From positions 1,103-65,102 of the forward strand of contig DYHI01000003.1 in assembly GCA_020724225.1 (NCBI GenBank): a DNA stretch of 64,000 nucleotides, in the 5' to 3' direction. A program made the position numbers and the translations under genes. The notes beneath the pieces were generated by a model. The model ran no database searches, was not told where the DNA came from, and saw only the letters and a list, made by a program, of their open reading frames with translations. The DNA comes from Candidatus Altimarinus sp. (GTDB lineage: Bacteria; Patescibacteriota; Gracilibacteria; BD1-5; UBA6164). Below, one piece after another: positions 54,978-64,000 of this stretch (position 1 is the first letter of the stretch; every line of letters starts with the position of its first letter).

Positions 54978-57900
54978 TTTAAATTTCTATTTCACATACC
55001 TTTTATAATAAAAAGTATAATAAATTGATGGAATTATAAAAAGAGTCATAAATGATCAGGCTACTAGTCAAAATACGATTGTAAATCAAAGTCCAGCCCA
55101 AAACTCATCTTGCAGTGCAAGAGGAAGTATTCATATAACTGTTGTAAGTGTAGTTACTATAATTGGCTGAAGTCTATTTTTTCAAGCCATAAGTATACTT
55201 TCAAGCAAATCATTTTCAGATAACTGAGTCTCTCAATGTTCCATAAATCTAGATATATTATTATTTATTGTACTGATAAGTATTATAGCATCATTTACAA
55301 CAACTCAAGTCAATGCTATAAATCAAATAGCAAATGGCATACTATAAGGATTTCATGTAACAAATAATCAAATATTTACTCAAAGTAAAGCTAAAACTAC
55401 AGTATACAAAATCATCAATGATTGAGAGTAAGACCCAAATTGCAAAACTAAAATAGCAAAAATCAAAAACACTGCAATTACAAATGATTTAACAGTTGAC
55501 ATAATCAAATCTGCATTTTCTGCATTTTCTCATCACTCTATATATGAAACTCAATCTGGAAAATTGTATTTTGATGCAAATGAAACAAGTTTTGGTTGAA
55601 TTGAAGTTGGTAAATATCAAGTTTCTAAATCTGAATTTACAGAAATAGTTATGTTTCAATCTTCTCTATTTATAGATGATAAAGCAGGTTCAAAAATATA
55701 TGTAGCTACATCTCAAACTCTTATTTTTCAAACTCTAGTATTTATAAGTAAATTTGATATATCAACAGGAGAAAGTGATTTATCAAAATCAGAAATTTTT
55801 AAAATTATATCATTATCATACTCTCATTTTATCGTTCAAGATTTTATTCAATTAGTATAAAAATAAACTTCTCAAAGTATATCATTTGGGGTTAATCATA
55901 GAAAGCTTAACTTTTCTTTATCAAATCTAAATATAAACTGCCCTGGATTATCACTTGAAGACATTCAAACATTTTTTGTTCAAGGAATAGTTTTTAAATA
56001 ATTTTCAAATTCCTTAGCAACATCTCTTAATATTCATATTTTTTTATTGTCATCAACTATCAACTTTATTCATACTGGACTTGTTGTTGGTGGTCATCAT
56101 TTAAGAGCTTCAACAGAAACTTTTAAACCTATTGATTCAAAATATTTCAAATCTTTTGTTATCATTTTTTCTATTTCAAATACAGATTTTTTTCAATCTC
56201 TTTGCCTTTCTTTTGCATCAGTCAATTCTATAGATAAATTTATTTTATTTCATGATATACTTGTATAAAAAACTTTCATCTCCTCATATTTACTCAAAAA
56301 CTCATCTATTTTTGATAAATGTCATTTTAATGAGTCTTTATCAGTTCAAGTTTTTGCTTCTATAGTAATATCTATTGCTCATTCATCAGTTGTTGGAAAT
56401 AAAGTAAATCCAATTTTTGGAGATAAAAAAATAAAAGTAAGTATAAGTAGAATCGTAGGTAAAAATATAGAAATTATTCTTAATTTTTTATGTACCATAT
56501 ACCACTTCAATGTATTATAATACCATTTTCTAAGTTTTGATAGTAAAGATAAACGGATTCATTCTGTTTCTAAATTTACTTCTTTCTTTCAAAGTCTCTC
56601 AAAAATCAGTAATTCTTTTTCTTCATCACTAAGTCTTTTTTCATAGTCTTCATCTATATGAAATATACGAGATCTTTTAGCTAATTTTGTAAAAAATGGT
56701 GATGATAATGTAAGAGATAAAATCAATGCTGCAAGTAATACACAAAAAACAGTTATTGGAATATAAGCTAAAAATTTTCAAATCAATCAAGGAAGAAAAA
56801 TCATAGGTATAAAAGCCACTAATGTAGTTGCTGTTCAAGATATAAGTGGAGATTTTAAATCTCTGATAGCTAAAAGTACAGCTGATTCCCTACCATATCA
56901 AAGTTTTTGTCTTTCATCAGCTCATTCTATAATTACAATTATAGTATCAATTGCAATTCAAAGACTTAATACCAAAGAAAAATTTGTCAAAAAATTCATT
57001 GAAAGTCAAAGCATATCAATAACCATAAATGTTATTAGAAAAGCTAGTGGCAAAAGAATTGAAGTAATTATTGATTCTCTTATTCAAACAAAAAAAGTAA
57101 TTATCAAAAAAACTAATACTAGTGTAGTCAATCAACTTTTTCATAAATCTTTATAATCTTGTTTAATTATCTCTGATAAATCATTTGAATATTTTATTTT
57201 TAATCACTCAAATTCTGGATTTCACTTTAGTAAATTTTCAAGTAATTCTTTTGCATCTTTTGAAACCTTAAAAATACTATCTCAAGCTTTCTTATTAAAT
57301 GATAAAGATACATAGTTATATCAAGAATCTTTGTAAAATCATAAATTATTTATACTTTTTCATGGAAATTCTTTTTTAAATTCAGCAATATCTTTAAGTA
57401 ATAATTTTGAGTATCAATTATCTTTTATTATAACATTTTCTAATTCTTCCAATTTACTAAACTCACCTTCAAATCTGAAATCATAATTTAAGTCTCAAAT
57501 AGTATAATTTCAAATTGGCATATTTTTATTGTATGCTTTTATTTTTGAGGATATTTCATTTATACTAAGTCCAAGTAATTCCATTTTTTCTTTTGAAATA
57601 AGTACTTTTATTTCATAATTATTTTCACTTGAACTTCAAATTCACATTCTTCTATCTATACTAGATCATATATCTATAGATACAATTCATTTTTTTCATG
57701 CTAATTGTTTTTCTATTTTTTGAGCTAGTGTATTTATAGTAAAATCATCAAACTTATTTTTATCTCAATATATAAGTGCTTGAAACATTAACTCATTCAT
57801 TGTACTTATTTCCTTTACTATTGGATCTAGTGCATCGTCAGGTAAATCAAGACTATCAATAGCATCTTTTATATCTACCAAAGCTATTCTCGTATCTACT

Positions 57901-58208
57901 CAGTTAAATAATTCTACTGTAGTTTGAGATATTCATACACCTGAAACTTGTGTTACTTTTTTGATTCAGTCAATATCTTTTATGGCATTATCAACTTTTT
58001 CTGAAATAAGATTGTCTATATCTGTTGGACTAACTCATGTATATGGAACTGAAATAAGAATCATTCAAAATTTTATATCTGGACTTGATTCTTTCGGAAT
58101 AGTATAAGCTGAAAATATTCAAGTAAACAAAAGCAAGAAAAAAACCAAAAAAGATAATTTATAGTTTCTTGTCCAAAATCAAAAAAATCATTTTTTTAAA
58201 TCTAGCAT
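54978..58208 (-). CDS. RND efflux transporter permease (AcrB/CzcA family)
   Basis: IPKESSP, SLGIAIDTIIVIIE, VAFIP, GVVVNDAIIL, RLQPIIVTTLTT. Confidence 0.95.
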
Positions 58209-58214
58209 ATTTTA

Positions 58215-60140
58215 TTATTGTTTTATCTTTAAATTAAATTTATTTGCATCAAAATTTGTTATATCTGTAAGTATTACATTTGTATTATCATAGATAATTC
58301 AAGTTCAAGTAATTACTTCAACAAAATTTCAATATACATTTCATAATTTTATATTAACAGTATCAATATCATTTCAGTTTTTCAAAATTTTTATATTTCA
58401 TGCATTATTTGATCAAATTTCAACTGCATTTATAGGTAATAATGGATACTTCGTTGATATATCAATAAATAAATCTACAATTCATCAAATCAAATTAATA
58501 TTTTCATCAAATATAACATTTGCTTTATAATTTAGATTTGTATCTGCTACAGAAGAAATAGAATAAATTTTTCAAATAAAAGTTTTTTCTCAAATACTCA
58601 TTTTTACTTCAGTTCAAACTTCTACATATTGCAATTCTTTATCTTTAAAAGATATTTCAACTTCTGAGTTGTTTGTTCAAATCATAGTTAAAAGTAGAGT
58701 TCAATTATTTACATCAACTCATAAATCTATATTTATATCAGAAATCACTCATGATACAGGGGCTTTTATAGACAATTTACTGTACTCCTTTCTAGCCGAT
58801 TCTAGAGCTATTTCAGATTCCCTAATAATATTTTCTAGTCACATAAGTGTTAAATTTCTTGACTCAATAGAATTTGATAAATTATTTTCTATCTGTTTCA
58901 ACTGAAGTTCTAAACTATTTAATGTATCATTTGTAGAAATTTTAATTTTATCAAGATTATTCTTTGTTTGTGTAGATGATAAATCATAGTTTTTAAGCAA
59001 TATATCTTTTTCTTTATTCAAGATTTCCAATTGTTTTGATAAAGATGATTCATTATTTTTGTATGTATTCAAAAATGTATTTACAGAATTTTTAAAAGAA
59101 ACAAAAATAGAATTATTTGAAGAATAAAGAGATTGATAAGTGTTAATTGTAGTTGCATATGCATCAATTTGTGATTGAGATAATTGTCATATACTTATTA
59201 CAGAATTTTGAATAGTTTTTTCTAACTCATCTAAGTAAATAGATATTTTTTCATATCAATTATTAACTATTTCTATTGAATCTTTTATAGACTGATCATC
59301 AGAAAATACTAAATCAATTTTTTCTATATTATTTGTTTTATATGAAACTAGATCATTCAATAAAGTTTTTGAATTTGATTTTTGCATAAGATCTTTTGCT
59401 CATAAAAAATCCTTAAAAATCTTAACACTATCCTCATATTTTCAAGTTATATCAAAAAGTTTATCACCAAAAACAACTAAATCTTCTATAAATATTTTTT
59501 GATTATTAACTTCCTTAACTAAACTTTTTTTAAAAGTATTTATATTTTCTAGATTAGACTTCTTCATATTATCTAAATCTAGCTCAAATTTAGAAATAGA
59601 ATTATTTAGTTTATCTAGTTCCAAAGATGACTTAGTATCTATTTGACTATAATCTAGGTTAGATAAACTATCCTCAACCTGAATAATATCAATTGAAGAA
59701 TTAAGTCTTGCTGTCTCCAAACTTGATTTAATTTTTTCTAATGCTATTTCATTATCAAAAATCTGTTTATCCAAAGAGAGTTTTGTTGAATCATAATTGA
59801 TTTTTGCTTTTTCAAGTCAATTAATAGCTCTATCAAGGTTTATAGAATAATTTGCAATATTGTCAGATAAAACAATTAATGTTTGTCATTCTATAACCTT
59901 TTGTCATTCTTTTACATATATTTTTGAAACTCTTCAATTTGCTTGAGATGTTAATTTAATATCTTGACTTCACTCAAGTTTTCCTACTTTTTTTATTGTT
60001 GTTTTATTTTCAAAAGTTTGAAAAGGTAAAGCACTTATAAAAAAATCAGTTTTTCAATTTTTTTCTACAATTTCTTCAGTTTTCCCACAAGAAGATAGTA
60101 TTAGCAATAAAATTAAAGTTATTGAAATTATTTTTTTCAT
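58215..60140 (-). CDS. RND periplasmic adaptor (MFP) lipoprotein with long coiled coil
   Basis: Lipobox LSSC, GRVSKIYVKEGQKV, IKAPVSGVI. Confidence 0.88.
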
Positions 60141-60217
60141 AGATTAGAGGTTATAGATTAGAATTAACTTTACAGAAAATATATTTAGCATTGAATACAA
60201 TAATTATTAACTATTCA

Positions 60218-60433
60218 TTACTCATTATTCATTTTTATATATTCCATAAGTTCACTTATATCTTGATTTCTTACAAGTCCTATAAATTTATCATTTTTGA
60301 GAAGTATAGTCATACTATCCCCAGGATTTAATCATAATTTATCTCTTATGTCTTTTGGTATTACTATCTGTCCTTTAGGTCAAATAGTTGTAGTCCCATA
60401 TAATTTCATTTCTGACACATCACAATTTTTCAT
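60218..60433 (-). CDS. AbrB/MazE/SpoVT family DNA-binding protein
   Basis: GPKGQIVIPKDIRDKLGLNPGD. Confidence 0.92.
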
Positions 60434-60580
60434 TCTTGTATAATTAGTTAGAAAAGTAAGAAAAGTTATACTTGGAGTATATATCTATTTTATTATTTTT
60501 CAAAAGTTTGCAAAATTATCTATTGACTTTTATGGTTTTATTTTTATATTATATATATTATTCATAATAAAATATTTGAT

Positions 60581-61191
60581 ATGACATACAATTTAAGTTT
60601 TAATCCGCTTATTGAAAGTGATACTTTTGATAATACAGAATCTAGAAGATCTTTTGAAGAATCTCACTATACAGCAAAAAAGTTATATTTGACTGAAGTT
60701 CAGTGACTAGCAAATAAAATGAACATTGAAAGAATTTTAGAAAATGATCACCCAAGAGCACAAGCTTTATATGATTGGATTATAAGTGATGATAAAATAA
60801 CAGAATGGTATTTAAAAAATAACGATAAAATAAGACTAGTTCCAGGTTGAATTGAAATACTTTGAGATATTTACGATTTAGAAGATACAATAGAAAATAA
60901 AGTAATCTATTATGGTTTATTTACAATGAATTATGCTGAAAAATTGCATCTGACTGATGAAAATCAGTACCAGACTTTTCAAAAGTACTAGAAATTTTAC
61001 CTAGTTTTCCAAAAGATTGTTGGGTAAATTTTTTCAACTATGTTATGAAAATGAAATGATATTACTTATCAAGCTGAGAATATTCAGTATGTTCTAAATC
61101 ATATTCTGACTGAAGAGGTATTGCTTTTTGAGGTGTTAAAGATGTAGAAAATGGTATTTGATGAAAATTAAGATTAGTAAGATTAAAATAA
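60581..61191 (+). pseudogene. Hypothetical gene split by a probable 1-nt frameshift
   Basis: Frame stops at 60991; one extra A in the A5 run at 60939-60943 gives a continuous ORF to 61191. Confidence 0.55.
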
Positions 61192-61202
61192 TTTTAAATT
61201 AA

Positions 61203-61249
61203 TAAAAAACTATTTTCAAACAAAAATTGAAAATAGTTTTTTTATTTTT
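61203..61249 (+). repeat. 47-bp terminator-like hairpin, left direct repeat of TA module
   Basis: TAAAAAACTATTTTCAAACAAAAATTGAAAATAGTTTTTTTATTTTT. Confidence 0.85.
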
Positions 61250-61319
61250 TAGTATACAAAAAATTTGATTTTTACACAAATAGTATACAATTAAAATAAT
61301 ATAAATTAATTTTAAAAAT

Positions 61320-61490
61320 ATGCTATCAAAAGATGCAATGGAAGATTTAAAAAAAGATTATACTTTTGAAGAAATTCAAAAAATAAGTATTAGTTTGAGA
61401 AAAGTTAGAGAATGAAAAGTTTTATCAAAAAAACAAGTCAAAAATTTTATTGATAACGATCTATTTTCTAAATATTCAATTAATGTTTAA
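61320..61490 (+). CDS. Putative antitoxin (56 aa)
   Basis: Small ORF overlapping the toxin start by 8 nt; ends ...REGKVLSKKQVKNFI. Confidence 0.65.
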
Positions 61491-61761
61491 TGTTTTTTAT
61501 TCTGAAGATTCACTTATAGATTTAAAAGAAATTGCTGATTTTATATCACAAGATAACCCATTTTATGCAAACAAAGTAATTGATATTATTTATGACAGCA
61601 TTGAAAAATTAGAAATCTTTCCATTATTATGAAAAGAGAGAAAAGAAAATTTGAGAGAAATAATTGACCCTAAATACTGATTTAGAATAATTTATGAGTT
61701 AAATACAGAAAGTAAAATAATTAACATAATCTCAATTTTTAAATATAAAAATAACTGGTAA
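61483..61761 (+). CDS. RelE/ParE family toxin
   Basis: DLKEIADFISQDNP..A, LEIFPLLG, FRIIYE, IISIF. Confidence 0.88.
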
Positions 61762-61770
61762 AAATTTTCT

Positions 61771-61817
61771 TAAAAAACTATTTTCAACTAAAAATTGAAA
61801 ATAGTTTTTTTATTTTT
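61771..61817 (+). repeat. 47-bp terminator-like hairpin, right direct repeat of TA module
   Basis: Identical to 61203-61249 except two loop bases. Confidence 0.85.
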
Positions 61818-61844
61818 ATAATCATTAAGAATTAACATTATTTA

Positions 61845-61870
61845 TAGATTCCTGCCTTCGCAGGAATGAC
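61845..61870. repeat. Single REP-like palindrome, intergenic
   Basis: TAGATTCCTGCCTTCGCAGGAATGAC. Confidence 0.85.
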
Positions 61871-61904
61871 GAATATATATATTTTTAAAATATTTAACTT
61901 TGCC

Positions 61905-63578
61905 ATGACTGATAAAATCCAAATAATAGATGAAATAATAAATCTAGCTTTAGAAAGAAAAATTACTACTAAAGAAGATTTTCATAAAACCCAAAATGAA
62001 GTTTATAAAAAGTACAAACTCCCTGAAGCTATCCAATCAGTAGAAATACTTGAAAGATATAATGAACTTGTTAAAAATTGAAGTGTAGTTGATAGTTCAT
62101 ATTTTAGAAAAGTTCTTAGAAAAAGATGAGTTAGAAGCTTATCTGGAGTAACTGTTATTTCCCTTCTTACAGAGTTTTTTGGTTGTCCTTGAAAGTGTAT
62201 TTATTGTCCAACTTTTGAATGACTTCCAAAATCATACATACCAAATGAACCAGCAGTACAAAGAGCAAAGCTTAATTTATTTAATCCGATTAAACAAATT
62301 CACAATAGACTTAGAGCACTTGAAATCACAGGTCACAAAATAGAAAAAAATGATGTAAGAATCATAGGTTGAACATGGAGTTTTTATCCTAAAGCATATC
62401 AAGAAAGTTTCATCAAGTGAATTTATGATGCTTTCAATACATATGATGAGATGAAAGAACATATAGAAGAAACAAATACTTCAAATGATAAATTTGCAAG
62501 TTTTAAGATGAAAGAATGATATAAATTGAAATTATCAGAAAATCTTGAAGAAGCAAAAAAAATAAATGAAACTGCAAGATGTAGAGTTATATGAATTGCA
62601 ATTGAAACTCGTCCAGATTGGATAAATCCAGAAGAAATTGCAAGGCTTAGAAAATACTGAATAACAAGAGTTGAAATAGGTTACCAAACTACAATTGATG
62701 AAATAAATATATTAAATAAAAGATGACATACAAACAAAGAAAGTATAGAAGCTACTAAACTTTTAAAAGATGCTTGATTTAAAGTAGTTGCTCACATGAT
62801 GCCAAATTTACTTGGAAGTAATCCAGAACTAGATAAAAAAGCTATGAAAGAAGTTTGGGATAATCCAGATTTCAGGCCTGATGAGATAAAAATCTATCCA
62901 ATGGTAGTTACTGATAAAGCAGAACTTACAAAAATCTGGAGAGAATGATGATTTAAAGCATATGATGATGAAACTTTGATAAATTTGATGTCAGATTTAG
63001 AAGAAATGATTCCAGAATATGTTCGTATTAATAGAACTTATAGAGATATTCCAGCTTCTGAGATACTTCATTGATCTACTCTAAGTAATCTAAGACAAAT
63101 AGTTGAAGAAAAATTAGCTAAAAAATGAATTAATTTACTTGATATAAGACATAGAGAAATAAAAGCAAAACTAAATAATCCAGAAAATACAGTTTTGCAT
63201 ACATATTCATACGAAGCAAGTGAATGAACTGAATATTTTTTAACTTTTGAAGACCCAAAAGATAGAACAATTTTTTCTCTTTTGAGATTAAGATTACCTT
63301 GAAAAAATAATGAAATTATTGAAGTATTACCAGAATTAAAATGATCTGCATTAATTCGTGAAATTCATACTTTTTGAGATCAATTATCTATATGAGAAGC
63401 ATGAAGTACTTTCGGGCAACATATAGGTTTCTGAAAAAAACTTATTACAGAAGCAGAGGAAATCGCTAAAAAAAATCATTACAAAAAAATGGCAGTTATA
63501 GCATGAGTTGGGGTAAGAGAATATTACAAAAAAAGATGATATATTTTTGAAGGAGAATATATGGTTAAGGAATTATAA
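61905..63578 (+). CDS. Elp3-like radical SAM / GNAT tRNA U34 acetyltransferase
   Basis: RSLSGV, CPGKCIYCP, PKSY..EPA, IETRPD, KIYP, QHIGFGKKL, IAGVGVREYY. Confidence 0.93.
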
Positions 63579-63659
63579 TTTTATTAAAAAAATTAGACTT
63601 AAAAAATATTTTTTATATAATCCGTAAATCACAAAAAAATATTTTTTAAAAACAAAAAT

Positions 63660-64000
63660 ATGAAAAGATTAGCAAGATGTATACTAAAAAATAAAGATTG
63701 AAAAATTATGTTAGTTAGACATAAATGAAAAAATATTTGGACAATGCCAGGCTGACATATAGAAGATAAAGAAAATATTTATGATGCTATAAAAAGAGAA
63801 ATAAAAGAAGAACTATGAATTGATATAAAAATACTTTGAAAAAAACTTTGATTAGAAGTTGATAATGTTAAAGAAATGCCTCTTCCGATATCTATATACA
63901 AAATAGATTATATAAATAAAAAAGGTAAAAAAGAAAAAAGACTAGAATATATATTTCTAGCCAAAATTAAAAGTGATATCATAAAAACTCAAATAGAGGA
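63660..64000 (+). CDS. NUDIX hydrolase, 3' partial
   Basis: PGGHIEDKENIYDAIKREIKEELG Nudix box. Confidence 0.9.

Overview
Very AT-rich bacterial chromosome segment that only reads through if TGA is a sense codon for Gly (genetic code 25, as in Gracilibacteria/Absconditabacteria). TGA sits at invariant glycines, e.g. YchF MKIGIVGLPNVGKST and LigA KFDG, so the supplied code-11 ORF track is almost all fragments and antisense shadows. Re-translated by hand, the window holds about 50 genes: valS, ychF, secF, uppS, ispA, rlmD, thrS, ligA, efp, recX, apbE, two pilT paralogues, an OLD-family nuclease, a GGDEF protein, an RND efflux operon, a ParE-type toxin-antitoxin pair, an Elp3-like enzyme, and a lipid-salvage cluster (patatin, Aas-like acyltransferase/carrier/ligase, MFS, PPTase, Tes-like radical SAM, Lgt-like). 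Main observations: (1) CGG sits at conserved Trp positions, suggesting a second recoding; (2) a REP/RPE-like palindromic repeat family and heptamer repeats are inserted in-frame in housekeeping genes, several tolerated only because TGA=Gly; (3) a ~500-nt ORF-free, highly structured candidate ncRNA lies between ligA and efp; (4) apbE is paired with a minimal lipoprotein that is only a tether plus a flavinylation motif. No CRISPR array, tRNA, rRNA or transposase was seen. Coordinates were derived by hand and start codons are best estimates.
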